In this document: in pieces, positions 43,126-57,105 of the stretch | How the letters are laid out: every line of letters starts with the position of its first letter | Numbering within the stretch: the stretch's first letter is position 1 | Assembly: GCF_009914755.1 (NCBI RefSeq) | Contig: NC_060939.1 | DNA: 64,000 nt | Direction: 5' to 3' (one strand) | DNA from: the human T2T-CHM13v2.0 reference genome, Homo sapiens | Translations under genes and position numbers: made by a program | The notes under the pieces: model-generated | Database searches by the model: none | Told to the model about the DNA's origin: nothing | Seen by the model: only the letters and a program-made list of their open reading frames with translations

Positions 43126-43759
43126 TCACTGTGACCGCCTTGAAGATGCTCCTATAAGTAGTCTGTGGTCTGGCCCTTGAAGTCCTGATCGGCCTGAGTG
43201 GGGCTGGACAGGAAGTCCACGTCCCGCTTGTCCATCTGCAAGCTGCTCCGTCCGGGAGAACTGTAAGACACTCCCCAGCCTGCTGACCAGCGACCAGGAG
43301 GAAATCCAGTTGAGTAAGCTGAAGGTAGGCAGGCTGAAGAGGGAAGACAGGGGGGTCACCCTGCCGGTGCTGGCAGCTCTCACCTTGGACTCCTCAGGAC
43401 ACCCTCCTGGACTCCTCAGGACAGCCTCCCCTGGCGCAGAGGACATGGGGGCCGGTGCGCTCAGCCCCTCCAGCAGGGTGTGCTCCCTCACTGGCATGCT
43501 CATGTCCACTGTGCTGGGCTCCCCGCTGGCCTCCAGGGAGCAGACCGGCTGCTGTGTGTGCCAAGAAGGCTGGGACAGGGGCACAGAGGTCTTGACTGTC
43601 CTCCCTGATGAGTGCTCGGTTCCCGAGTCCTTCGGGAGGCGTCCCTGAGCAAAGGTCTCTTTGGGAGCACTGCATCTCCTGGGGGACTTCCTGGTCAACT
43701 GACGTGCCAGCTGAAGTTGTGTGGGGAAAACCCTCCCCTGGAGGGATCTGAAAAACAAT
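43126..43759 (-). CDS. ATP10A: ATP10A last coding exon (probably exon 21), cytoplasmic C-terminal tail
   Basis: Acceptor ttttctag|A completes the AG+A (Arg) codon. It reads [21 protein letters not shown]...[11 protein letters not shown]. Confidence 0.95.
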
Positions 43760-43905
43760 CTAGAAAAAGTACATTAAAACAAAAAGTTAGATATTCCTGT
43801 CGGTGGTGTCTTTGAGCTTCCAGAGACCCACATAGAGCAGAAGCAATGCCAATGTCGTCTGGGCTCACTCGGGGCTCAGAGGCACTATCCCGCTCCGACA
43901 CCCAC

Positions 43906-44093
43906 CTGGGCAGCAGTGCAGCGACAGGCGTCATCAGGCAAGTCAAGTAAAACACTGGGTCACCCAGTAAGGCTTGCATAGTCCAGTAAGGGTTGGACGG
44001 AGGATAGCACGTGGCACAAGACGCATTGTAAATCAAAGCCACGGTGAAAAACAAAAGGACACTGAAGCCACACGTTATCCAGTTGAGCCAGGT
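43906..44093 (-). CDS. ATP10A: ATP10A exon (probably 20), TM9-TM10 region, 188 bp
   Basis: cctcag|[19 protein letters not shown]...YPPSNPYW...ALLP AG|gtgggt. Confidence 0.95.
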
Positions 44094-44594
44094 CTGAGGG
44101 GGAATGAGAAAGAAAGGGCTTTTATTTCCACCTAAAAGTGACAACAATGACAATAACAAAAACGTGCCAGTCATCAATGAGCAGGTGTGAGGTTCTGAGG
44201 CCTTCAGACACACTGCGGTCTATGACGCGGGTAACCGGTGGGGCTCAATGAGGCCTCCAGAACCCATGGACCGCCCTGGGAGATGCACATGAGGTGAGAT
44301 GGAGTCAGGGGCGAGAGGGCAAGACAGGAGGGAAAGGAGAGAATGTGGTGGTGGAAGCGGGAAAGAGGCGGGAGGGAGATGAGCATGGCCGGGGAAGTGC
44401 GAGCATCAGGCTGCAGCGGCTCCCCACACCACAGGGCTCGGGAATGTGTCATTGTCCTTCTCATCACACTGAGGTCAGCTTTGCAGTCTCCTGTCTACTC
44501 AAAACGACCTCCCAGACCTCATGAATCTGCAGGGAAGTGTGGGGTCCACGGCATCAGTGCTCTTCTGAGACGTGGCCATGCAGGCGGCTCTTAC

Positions 44595-44699
44595 CCAGGT
44601 TTTGGTTTCAATGCCCAGGTGGAGCAGGAAAGTGAGCAGCGCGATTGTCACAATAGGGGTCCCCCAGGTAAACAGGTCCACGTTCGAGTCATAGTAGGC
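44595..44699 (-). CDS. ATP10A: ATP10A exon (probably 19), 105 bp
   Basis: tttcag|[35 protein letters not shown]|gtaaga. Confidence 0.95.
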
Positions 44700-44778
44700 C
44701 TGAAAGACAGTGGGGTCCTGGATCTGTAGGTCCCCGGATCCAGCTGGTAAGAAAAACTGCACCCAGGGGCCAACTTAC

Positions 44779-44859
44779 CAGGTAAGGAATGGAAAAGCAA
44801 ACCAGGCTCTGGAAGGCGGCGTCGGCCATGTTAAACCAGAACGTTCGTGGCCGGTATTC
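44779..44859 (-). CDS. ATP10A: ATP10A exon (probably 18), 81 bp, not shown in the ORF track
   Basis: tcccag|[27 protein letters not shown]|gtaagt, followed by a 79-bp intron. Confidence 0.95.
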
Positions 44860-44909
44860 CTGGGACACAAAAACAATCAGTGATGTTACAGTGAAGCATT
44901 GGCATCCTC

Positions 44910-45329
44910 TGTGAAAGCAGTTAGAATAAAAATGGAGTCACTTGTGTTAAAAACAACAACAATAACAACAAAAACCCACCCTGAGGAGTAGAGCTGGGAA
45001 AGGCCATGAAGGGAGGGTTCTCATGCATAAATACCTGATAACAAAAATGATCATATCCACAGAAAAATATATCTATAAGGACATGTGCCCAGCAACTGTC
45101 TGTCCAACCTCAAACAGGCACCATCTTTGTCGTTTATCCTTGTAGTCAAGGAAAGAGCATCTCAAAACGATCATGAAATTTTTTCCTTTAAATACATTTG
45201 TCTTCCTTTACCTCGCTAAATATGCACATAGCTTACTACAGCACACACATTCCCATTGCAGTGCCCTATTCCCGAATAAACACCATTCTCTTTTAGAGAG
45301 CCTCTCTCTGTTTGCTATTTAGGTTGACA
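44910..45329 (+). mobile_element. Solo ERV1 LTR (MER65-like), intronic and antisense to ATP10A
   Basis: TGTGAAAG..AAAATGGAGTCAC...AATAAA...TTTAGGTTGACA, with TSD CCTC at 44906-44909 and 45330-45333. Confidence 0.85.
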
Positions 45330-45556
45330 CCTCGAATGACATTTCCTAGGATGCTACACGTAAGTTAATGCACAAGGCAAGCACCCAAGGAAAACTCACT
45401 CTCTCAGGACTTTTGGAGACGCGAGGCCCCAGAGGCCCGATGAAAAGCACTACCAAACACCTACAAAACTATCTGCAGCTGCGTCACTCACTGGGAACAC
45501 CTGCACCAAAAAGACGAGCTTCAGTAGCTCCAGGTTCACAGTAAAAAGATGAAACT

Positions 45557-45901
<345 letters not shown>

Positions 45902-47070
45902 TCAAGTAGGAAGTAGGAATAGCACCTGAAATTCCGGGCATTCTCCCCCAGTTTGAGCCCTTCTATTCCTTCCACTTTGACCAGTTTTTGCCTCTCTTGG
46001 TGGTGGGTCCCTTAGAATGTTTCTTAAGAGCGAGTCTTCACTTTTAAAATTACACGATGGATGTGTCCCAATGTTAAAAGCAAACAGCTATATACCCATG
46101 GGCAGAAATGAAAATAACCTTGATATAGATGAATAGAGTCTCTATTACCCGGGTGACCAAATGTGTATTTGACCCTGCCAAGTACCAGAGCAGCTGGCAC
46201 GGGACCTGCAGGAAACACACACTGGGGAAGGAGCTCTGGCTGAGCACTTAGGGAAAGTGCTGGCTAGGCTCTTCCTGTGGGCCACTTAATTCCACAGGAC
46301 AGGACACACTCCCAGCGTCTTTGTCCCACAGGTGGCCGAGGAGGCTGAGGCCTGGCCAAGGATGGGAACTCCCCTGAAGCAACAGATAACAAGCAGAGGC
46401 CCTGCTCCCCTCCCTGGCCCTTCGCCTCCTGGCACCCCGTGCATGCGGCCTGCTTCTGTGGGAACTGAACATTCTCAGAGGTGGCCAGGGGAAGTTAACT
46501 CATCAGTGAATGAATCTGGAATTAGGGATTATTGCAGGAGAAATGAGACTCCATGTTCTTTTTGCCCACATGGAATAATTCAAGGCAAAGAAAAGCACTT
46601 GCTGTCTATTTTAATGGCTGGCTAGAAACAGCTGGTCATCAGTGTGTGAATCTATGTGGTATATTAATGCCAGTATGTATTTAAATCTATTTGCTCTTTC
46701 AGTGGCTCAGTGGCTTCCTTGTGGGTTTGTCTTCTTGTTAATTCCCGTTCAAAATAAGTCACATTTTCTTCCTTGCTTTAGAAAAATCCCCCCTCTAGCT
46801 TCAGTGATCCCCTGTGACTGACTGGACTCTGGGCTTTTCTTGGGCTCCTGGAGACTCTTGGAGGGGGGACAGTTTCGCTTACAACACTTGATGCACTGCA
46901 GCCAAGCAGAGGGCAGCCCTTTTTCTCCATCCTCTAGAATGGTGAATTCTAGAATTTCAGTTTGTCCAGGGTGTCCATCTGAAGGGAGGCTGGGGGACTG
47001 GCACTTTGGAAGAGTGAACGTGGAGGGCAGAGCTCAGGAGGTGGAAGGCGGAGACTCGGGGGAGCTTTAC

Positions 47071-47271
47071 CTCCATGTTCTGGCCACTCTTGTAGAGCTG
47101 CGGGTTGGTCAGCAGCACATTGGCTGGCACATCCCTGTCCAGCACCCCAGTCACGAGCGGGGGAAGTGACGAGAAGAGCAGATTAAAGAAGATTAGATAC
47201 CACTGGTCAATCATGGTAGATGCAGAGAAGCCACAGAAAAACTGGAACCAAAACAGGAGGCCCACGAACAT
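47071..47271 (-). CDS. ATP10A: ATP10A exon (probably 17), TM5-TM6 region, 201 bp
   Basis: tttcag|[48 protein letters not shown]...[10 protein letters not shown]|gtaaag. Confidence 0.96.
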
Positions 47272-49337
47272 CTGAAATCAAGAAAGGAAGAACAGGAACA
47301 GGCGAGTCTTCAGCCATTGCTGAGGATTCTCATCCGAGGGAGCTGACAGGCCTGCAGAGTTTCACAGTCAAGATTAAATGTATTGGCAGCGATTTCTGCC
47401 AAAGACAGCCATGACCTTGAGCCCTGCTGCTGGCCTCTGCCTCTCCCTCTTCCTCTTTCCCTTCGCCCTCCTCACTCCCTTAAGAAAGAAGAACTGGCAG
47501 TGGGAATTGGGAATTCCCAGGAGCAGCACTTGCGGGGATGAGATTTTTGTGCTTGACAAGCTCTGGATCATTAACATAAAACAAAATCAAGGTTTCACAG
47601 GGGTGTAGGGCTGCTCACATTTCAAGAGGGCCAGTTGAGTATGAGCTGTGGCATCTTCCCTAGTGGCCCTCCTCTGTCTGTGACCCCAGACAAAGCCTAC
47701 CTGTGGCTATATCTCTGCTCCTGTCTCTTCTTTAGTGACCTGCATACTCTCTGAGGAGGTGCAGTGGACAGTGACTGACTCCCACTGAGGGGAGGACACA
47801 CAAAAGCACAATAGCAAAGCCAATGACCTCATCAACATCGCTGCAGTGACCTGATTGTCCACGGGGACCTCTGCTGGGGGGAGAGGGAGAGGCATCATCT
47901 CTGATCCTCATAGCTACAGCTACCCAGCTCAGCAGAACAGGAAAGTGAGATTCAGGGAGGTGGAACAGCCACCTCTGGCCCCTGCTCACTGGGGTGGGAG
48001 CAAGGTCAGATCTCTTCTCACTATTGCTAGATTCCTGAATATCAGCAGCCTGAGTGCATTTATACGGTGGACATGACAGTTTAGTGATTGCAAAGCATTC
48101 TAACACTCATGAGCTATGTAGCTGGGCACAGAGCATGAACTCCTCAGTCTCGCTTTCCTTGCTCATGACATGGGCATACCAATGATACTCAGCCAATGCA
48201 GCTGCTGTGAGCGTGAAGCGACCCAGTGCATTTAGAGGACTCACCAGAGTCCCTGGAGAGCTATAGGTGATCGCCTACGGTGTATGGTGGTGAGTGGTAT
48301 CGTTAGTTCCCTTGTTTGGGACTCAGGCAGGGCGAGTGCTCTTATCCCACATACAGAGAGGGAACTTGAAGTTCCAAGACATCAAATGACTTGGCTGAGG
48401 TCACGGTGTGAGTAAGGAACCCAACTTGTTCAACTGCGATGGGTCTTGGCTTGGAGGGCAGGCACAGTCCCAGCAGGGAACTCTGACGCTAGACAGACAT
48501 TTTCTGCTGGGCACCGCAAGGCCTGGGCTTGGTTCTGGAGCTGCAACTATCTACCCTTTTGACCCTGACTCAGTCACTTCACCTCCCTGAGCTTTTGGCT
48601 TCTTGACCTGAAAGTGACTTGTGAAGATCATAAGAAATAATAGCTTATGTTGAAATAACCCACCATGCCACACAGCCTCCAAGTCCTGTGTCAGACTATG
48701 ATTTAAATGTCTTAATATGCAGCCTTTCCCTACATGCTGAAAACGAACATTTGGTTTTTATTCATTGACTTTCTTCCCTTCCTCACTCCTACGGCTGGCT
48801 CTCGCTCACTCACCCCCGCAGGCTTGGCCTAGTGAGTCATCGGTAGCAAATACAGTCAAGAGAAAGAGAAGATAAGTACTCAGATAATTGAGATTTTTTT
48901 TCCTATAGTACCAAAAAGCTTTCTTCCCAAACCACTGTTGTTATGGAAACCTTTCTTCTCTGCTTTTTATTGGAAAGAAAGGCCACCTTATTCCTAAAAC
49001 TAATGAATTTCTCATTTCAGGAGGCAGAGTGATTATCCTTGAACTCCTCATGTAGATTAATGCTTGTTAACAAAGGCCTGGCATTTTTATGGAATAAAAA
49101 CAGGCGTCCTCTTCTCCTTTCTGCACCCTTCAATGGGGAGGGACTCATCGCAGCAGGCAGGAGGCTGTGCCCGTTCCAGGTGACCACTAGGGCCTTTGTT
49201 TGCATCTGAAGTGTTTAATGATTTGGCCTACATCATTCTTGCCCTCCCTTCGATCTGAGACATTTTAACTGGGAATTAGGGATCAGCTGGCTCAACTCAC
49301 AGGCTTTGCTTTGTTTTTTTAAGATTTAAAAGAAGAC

Positions 49338-49628
49338 TGGACATGGTGGTTCATGCCTATAATACCACACTTTGGGAGGCAGAGATGGGACGATAGCTTG
49401 AGGCCAGGAGTTTGACACCAGCCTGGGCAACATAGCGACACCCTGTCTCTACAAAATAGAAAAAATTAGCTGGGCATGGTGGCCTGTAGTCCCAGCTACT
49501 CAGGAGGCTGAGGTAGGGGGATTGCTTGAGCCTAGGAGTTTGAGGATACAGTAAGCTATAGTGGCGCCACTGCACTCCAACCTGGGCAACAGAATCAGAC
49601 CCTGTCTTTAAAAAAAAAAAAAAAAAAA
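49338..49628 (+). mobile_element. AluJ
   Basis: Diverged dimer with A tail. Confidence 0.9.
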
Positions 49629-50059
49629 TCCAAAGCAGGAATTAACTTGCTCAAGAACCCACAGCTAACAAGTGATAGAAAGGGGGCTTGGATTCTTCCC
49701 TGCCCACCCCCATTCATCCCTCCACTCCTTCGGGAGCTGAGAACCTTTAGGCTTACAACTGTGCACTTGAGGCCTCAAAGTTCTGGGGATTTAATGCCAG
49801 GGCTGGGAGAAAGGAGGTATGAGCCGGCAAGCCCAGGAGTGGTGTGACACAGCCTTCCTCAGATAGTCCCAGGCACAGCCTAATCTGAATTAATGTCTGG
49901 GACCAAACCTATCAAGTTAAACATGCCCTGACTGGATCTGAGCAGCTGTATGCATTTGCTAGAAGACGCTCCGAAAAATGAAGGGGGTGAGTGTGAAGGG
50001 GAAAGAGAGGTTGGGAAAAGAAAGGCAGGTGTAGCCTCCAGAAAAACAATTAAGAACAT

Positions 50060-50290
<231 letters not shown>

Positions 50291-51487
50291 AACATGAACA
50301 ACCACTGACAGTTTAGAGCTAGCTAACTGGAGAGTTTTTATACAGAACTGGAAAAAGAATACACCTTTTATTTTATTTTATTTTCAGAAGAGTATAGGAT
50401 AATCTTGACACTGGAGTTCTGGTGTTTAGCCAGGTAGATTTATGGGACTACCTTGGAAGATCACTTACCCTAAGAGTTTATTTTGTCTCTTTGTTTGTAC
50501 ATTCAGCCAAAAGCAGCAGCAGCCTAGCAACTCCTCAGTAAAATATCTAGAAATCTCTTACAAATGGGGCAGAACTCTGAGACGGCCATGTGGTCCATCC
50601 TGCAGGGCTATGGAGGAGCCCATCTGCCAAAGAAGCAGTGAAGAAGGAACGAAGAGTCCAACGTGAAGATCCACATGAAATGACCATGCAGAACCCTCAG
50701 AGAGACAGAAATGTCTGCAGCCAATCTGCCCTGGGTGTGGCTTTACAGCAGGGTCACTTTAGCTACAGAATGAGCTCATCCGAGAGGGGTGTGTCTGCTC
50801 TGCAAGCCTGGGAGGTGGGAGAGGGTGGGAAGGCCCGAAGGGCACCCCCTTCCTGCTGGGTCTGAGCCTCCCTGACCTAGGGGCTTGCCGCCTGTCACCT
50901 GTCCTGGTGTGGGTGTGTCCCAACAGAGGCCATTCAGTATGGGAATCAGAGTGAGGCTAAGTTCCCTTATTCTGATCCCAGACCACAAAGCACACTTGTG
51001 CTTATCATTGGATTTTCCGTCTACTCTAGAGAAAATGCTGATTAGAGGACTCCTGTTTGGGGATATTTCAGCAGCATGCTCCTGAGAAACCTATGGACAG
51101 AGTGGTTAGGAGCCTGGGAGCAGGACTGGGTGGCCTGGGGTGAACGCAGCCTTGAAGGTTTACCAGCTGTGTGCCCCTGTGCAAACTGCTAGCCTCATAA
51201 TTATGCCCCTTCTCACTCTGCAGCCATCAGTGGACTTGCTAGTGTTATCCACCTGTTTCCACCACCTCTCCCTAGAGATGCAGCTGCTCTCATGCCCCTG
51301 AATTAGACTCTGAGCCTACAGAGTGCAGAGCCAGCCCAGGACAGGGGACAATTACACAGGCGAAGGAGGATGGAGCAGGTTGTCCATGGCCTCCCATCTG
51401 CTCCATCCTCCTTCGCCTCATTCAGGCGATGGTCCTAAGAACCGAACCTTCCAATCCCAAAACTCTAGACAGGTATCCAATACCTAC

Positions 51488-51613
51488 TGTGTTTTTGTAG
51501 AAGAAGTACAGCACCATGTTGGCAAGTCGGGAGTAGCACCAATGCCCGTGAAGAATCAAGAGCCTCTCCAGGTATCGGAATTTCGGCACTGCAAAGTCGC
51601 TGGCCATCACTGC
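51488..51613 (-). CDS. ATP10A: ATP10A exon (probably 16), 126 bp
   Basis: ttgaag|[42 protein letters not shown]|gtaggt. This carries the P4-ATPase motifs HG.W.Y.R and FYKN. Confidence 0.96.
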
Positions 51614-53803
51614 CTTCAAAGGGAGAGGGATTCCTGTTACTGGTGATGCCGACCTGGCGTCAGATTTGTCTTCTCTTCTCAAAATGCAAGGTACACAACA
51701 GGGAAGGAAAATCCCCATTCTGAACACAGTGCGAGCGTGGCCGGCCAGGGTCTCCATCGCTGTCGTCTCCCTCAGCATCTCCTTCCGTTACAAAAGAGGC
51801 AATCTCACCCAACACGCTAGTTCAGGGATGTCACCTTATAAGATTCATTTACGCTTTCAAATATGTGTCACTAATGGGGTTTAAAAGGTTTTCTTTTTTC
51901 CTGCTGTTTTCTCAACAAATGAAAACACACAGAGATACATGGTGTTTATCTGCCTTTCTTTGCCCCGGATGTCATTTTCCTCTAAATCGGTCCATGGTCA
52001 CAACCCAAGGATGACCCAAAGCTGCTCCTGCCGTATGTATCAGAGACAGACATTCCCCTGTCCTGGGAGGTGCATTTTGGGCTGTTCCCCCCAGAAGCCT
52101 TGGTGATGGGCAAAGCCAGGCCCACAGCTCCACTGGCCTCCCACATACTCCCAACCCAGGACGCCGGGTGCGGGCAGTGGCCGTGTGCAGGAGGGAGTGG
52201 AGAAGACGTTTCCTCCATGGACAGGCAGGAGCCTGCCATGGAAGCTTCCCCTGCATATCATCAAGCAAGGTGCTTACGCAGTGAAGCCAACTAGGCTGGA
52301 AAACACCATCAAAATGATACCTTTTGTCCCCAGAATAATTTGAAACCCACTGTACAATAAATGTCTTTGGAAAAAAAAATCAAACAAAGTGGCAGGAAAA
52401 GCTAGATTTCTGCTTATCAACAGAAGGTTATTCTAAACAGAATGCCAACCTGCCTTTAACATCTAACTGGTTTCCCTATATTCAAATAATATGTAGAAAG
52501 CAGTAAGTTATGCCTCAAGTGGTACGCTTGAAATGGAATAGTGTCATGATACACAAAACCTTAGAACATCAATTTTCTGAACCAAAAGTTAAGGATTTCA
52601 AAGCAAATGTCCCTCTACCTCTTGCTGTCAACACATAGGGGCTTAAAAGGTTTTTCGTGTTCTGTAATGCTTTACCCATTAACCCCATGATTCATTCTCT
52701 CAAAAATCATTTATTAAGACTCCACTATTGCCAGCCACAGACTTGGAGAAACAGATACCATTAGACACAGTCCCCGTCCTCCACAGAATCAGTCTGAAAA
52801 GCTCAGTCAAAAGGGACCAGTGTTAAAAAGAGGCTGATGGCCTACAAGGCCAAACTCTAGGCTGCCTTTGAAGAAGAAACCCCCGCCCTTGAGAACCACA
52901 GTCAAACCCCTCTGAGGACGCCTGGCTTGCCAGCCTTCTGCAGCTCCTTCCTCCCCTAAATCCAGGCCTCAAATACAATGCTTGTCCTTCCGTCAAAGTG
53001 GCCTTTCCAAAGCCTCCCAGCTTTTCTGGGAATTCTAGGAGAGCAGGATCAGAGATGTTGGGGTCACCTTGTATCCCTGGCTCCCAGTCAGCCTTGGCTC
53101 TAGAGGGTGCAGGACAAATAGGGTGAACCAGATGAGCCAGAGCTCACGAAGACAGAACTTCCCAGGAGCTGTGGGATCTCCTTTGTTCCTCTTGCCCCCT
53201 GCCTGGGGCAGTCTCCCCACCTTGGCTGAGCTGGGGAGTGCCTGCTCCTCCTGCCTGATCCTCCACGGCTCAGCTCTGACATCTCTGGCATCCCTCTCCC
53301 TCAGCAACCCACAGCTCATCTCTCAAAGGGCTCAGCAGGGACTGACTAAAATGCAAGCAACAGGGTCCCAGTGCTGGAAAACCCAAGTGCATAGGATGGT
53401 AAGGAAAGGTATCAAGCCTCGTCCCCATCTCACCTAACACATCCCCAGGGAGGATGCACAGCTTTACATATGTGCAGAAGTGCCCAGCAACCTCCTCCCC
53501 AGCAGCTACGCCTGTTCAAAGCTGCATCTCTGGGCACCTGCCCTATGGCTCAGCTGTTCCCATCACCTTGCATGTAGAGCCCCAGGGCTTGGGCTGGTGC
53601 TCCCACCTTGAGGAGGAGAGCAGGCATGGCAGCTCCGGCCCCTCCCCAGCCACATGCTCAACATTCAAGTGTTTGATCCAAAAGATGTTTACTAGACGAG
53701 TTTCCAAGCATATGAGGTCAATAGGCACTGCCCCCATCAGATTTTCAGTAGAGGAAACAGTGAAAACAGAAGCAATGCCAACAAAGTCAGAATGAATGAA
53801 CTA

Positions 53804-54481
53804 TAGTTGACCCTTGAACAACACTGGAGTTAGGGGTTCCCCCGAACAGTCGAAAATCCACATACAATTTCTGACTCCCTCAAAACTTAACTACTAATAG
53901 CCTACGGTTGATGGGAAGCCTTACTGATCACATAAACAGTTGATAAACACGCACAATGGAATCTACATGTATTTCACATATTCATGACACACCTACGTTT
54001 TCCTTAATTTTTTTTCCTTTTTTTAAAAAAAAAAAAAAAAAAAGAGAGACTGGGTCTCATTGTATTGCCCAAGCTTGAGTGCAGTGGTGCAATCATAGTT
54101 CACTTCAGGCTCAACCTCCCAGGCTCAAGTGATCTTCCTGCCTCAGCCCCCTAAGTAGCTGGGACTACAGGCATGGGCCACCACGCTGGGGTTTTTGCAT
54201 TTTTAGTAGAGATGGGGTTTCACCACATTGCCCCGCTGGTCTCAAACTCCTGGCCTCCGGTGATCCTCCTGTCTTGTCCTTCCAAAGTACTGAAATTACA
54301 GGTGTGAACCACCATGCCTGGCCCGCTTTAATTTTTTCGATATTTCTAGGCTATGTGGTTCATCTGCAAGTTTTTTCAAATTGTCACAAATCTCCAAAAA
54401 ATTTTCCAAATATTTATTGAAAAATGTCCCCATATAAGTGGACTCAAACAGTTCAGACCCGTGTTGTTCAAGGGTCCACTG
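53804..54481. mobile_element. Tigger2-derived (MER28/MER8-like) DNA transposon with an Alu inserted at ~54015-54325
   Basis: Terminal inverted repeats AGTTGACCCTTGAACAACAC and GTGTTGTTCAAGGGTCCACTG, flanked by TA. Confidence 0.85.
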
Positions 54482-55498
54482 TATTTTGTACATTTACTTA
54501 GCAAATGTTTCTTGAGCTTCCCCTTGTGCAAGGTGCCACACTGGGCACTGTGAAGACACAAAGGTGAGTCAAACATGAACACCATTTTCAATTTTCTGGA
54601 GGAAGAAAAAATGTGCGAGTAACGTAACACGGAGATTCCAGTCAGATGACGGCGGGGGGAGTAAGGCAAGTGTCAAGGACCAGCCGTGACGGAACTACTG
54701 TGCATCTAGCTTGGGACCCTCCATCTGAGGGTGGAACATCAGCTAAAACTATTAATGAGCTCTGCACAGGCCTGACATGTAGCACATGCCCAACAGATCA
54801 TTACTGATCGAACCACTGAGTCAGCAAATGAATCAACCAGCGAGTAAGTGGTATCAACATCCTGGTTTTTAGAACTTCGGATAAATTGTTCCCTAAAATC
54901 TCCACCAACCCAAAAATGTTGTGATTCATACTTAATCAAATGTTGGAAACTGTTGTAATACTAAATCCAAAAGCAGCACATTTTTAGTTAAGTCATTTGT
55001 TCAATGTCTGACTCCCAGACCGAGAGTGAACACAGTGGCAGAGGAAAGATGCAGAGGTGAACTTCCATGTGAGTGAGGATGGCTACATTCCACCTGTACA
55101 GTGACGCCAGGCTCCACCTACATCAAAGGCATTTTTTCAAATGGTATTGCTCCGTGTTCACGGACAGTAAAAAGTGCCTGCTGGGACTGAGCCATCGAAA
55201 GCCAGACAGAAGGCGATGACTCACCTTGCCTCTCTCTGAACCACTTATTTCACAAAAATAGACTTGTGACATGGGAAGACATGCTTATTGCACACTGCTT
55301 CATAAACAGGAAGAATGGCATTCCTCCTTACCTTCCACTAGTGGCTTAGCAGCTGTATTGAGCATCAGCTATATTAAGGGCAAACCCTTTAGCCTCGTTC
55401 AGTAGAGCCCAGAGGAAGTCGGGGACAGCCCACAGGGTGACAGGACAAGAGGTCAGTAGGGCCAATTGGTCACACAGAATAGCCTGATTGGTCTTTAC

Positions 55499-55575
55499 CT
55501 GCATACCCTCCTGGCCGGAGATTCCCACACCCACATCTGCCACCTGGATCATGCTGACATCATTGGCTCCATCAC
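55499..55575 (-). CDS. ATP10A: ATP10A exon (probably 15), P-domain GDGAND motif, 77 bp
   Basis: ttctag|GT completes the Gly codon, then [25 protein letters not shown]|gtaaag. Confidence 0.96.
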
Positions 55576-56573
55576 CTAGAAACAGCACAGGCAAGAAGAA
55601 TTGTTTGATTCTAGAAACAGCACAGAATCAAATCAATGTGTTAGATTTTCTTGGGAGTCCCCGCTGAACTCAGTCCTGTGAAAGCGTCCTGGGGAAGATG
55701 GGGGAAAAAGGAGTAGAGCATCCACCCTGGGAGAATAGAGTTAAGCATTCAGAATAAGCTAGCGACACCAGGAGATGTTTCGGAAAGCGGGCTGGAGCTG
55801 AGCCACCTGGTACATGGCGCCTGCTCTGCAGTGCCGCTCTTACACCAGTAAAACCCTCATCCTGCTGTCTGGCACAAGGAAAGATGCTATCATCATCTTC
55901 ATCATCATTAGTTACTGAACCACTCCAGCCAAGCAGCCAAGGCTACTCCCAGCCACACTTCCCGGGCAGTTTCTAAACTAAGGGAAGGAGGTTAAATTCA
56001 GCCCAGCACGTTGTGGAGCTCTTTTTTTTGCATATGGATTGCCACAGTATTAGCCATTGTGCTCACTTTGGGGCCCTCTAGGGGTGCAATAAAGGAGAAC
56101 TTCTCTTCATTCTGTCAATTTGTTGATAGAAAATGTTTAGGAACACAGAGCATGGTCAGATATCTGGACACCTTCGGGGAAAGGACAGCAGAGTCATAAA
56201 GTTGTTATCACTCCGTGACGGTCACCATTCTTGGAACTGGGCAGCAGAAGAGCCCAAATCAGGGCATACATCCCAAGTTGCACAAATGAGAAAAGGTGCA
56301 GATACACAAAGTTAGAATGACTTGTAGTGTGACTACAGGATGTCTCTTCCCTGTGATTTTCCTGTTCTTTATAATGTTGAGACCAATATTAACTGATCAG
56401 TTAATATATATCAAATTGGAATTCTCTGAAGCAATAAAAATCTGTACAGCTTTCCCCAGAATGTCCCATTTAAAATGAGATACGGTAAAACATGAGATAT
56501 GGTATGCAACGATGCTCTCTACATTATAAACCACTGGGCACTAGGAGTAGGTCACATTGATGCTTTAACGCAT

Positions 56574-57105
56574 TCTTTCTTTCTTTCTTTTTCTTTTGAG
56601 ACAGGGTCTCACTCTGTCACCCAGGCTAGGTGGGAGTGCAGTGGCATGATCATGGCTCACTGCAGCCTCAACCTCCTGGGCTCAAGTGATCCTCCCACTT
56701 CAGCCTCCTGAGTAGGTAGGACTACAGGTACATGCCACCACACCCAGCCAGGTTTTGCATTTTTAGTACAGATGGGGTTTCGCCCACCATGTTGCCCCAG
56801 CAGTTTTTTTTTTCTTTTTTTGAGACAGGGTCTCTCACTCTATTGCCTAGGCTGGAGTGTAGTGGTGTGATCACGGTTCACTGCAGCCTTGACCTCCTGG
56901 GCTCAGGTGAGCCTCCCACCTCAGCCTCTCAAGTAGCTGAGACTGCAGGTGTGCGCCACCACACACAGCTAATTTTTTTTATTTTTTGTAGAGATGGGGA
57001 CTCACTATGTTGCCCAGGCTGGTCTCAAACTCCCGGGCTCAAGTGATCTTCCTGCCTTGGCCTCCCAAACTGTTGAGATGACTGGTGTGAACCACGTGCC
57101 CAGCC
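56574..57105 (-). mobile_element. Two adjacent Alus (a partial one, then a full AluJ)
   Basis: Two antisense Alu units, each with a T-rich tail. Confidence 0.88.
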
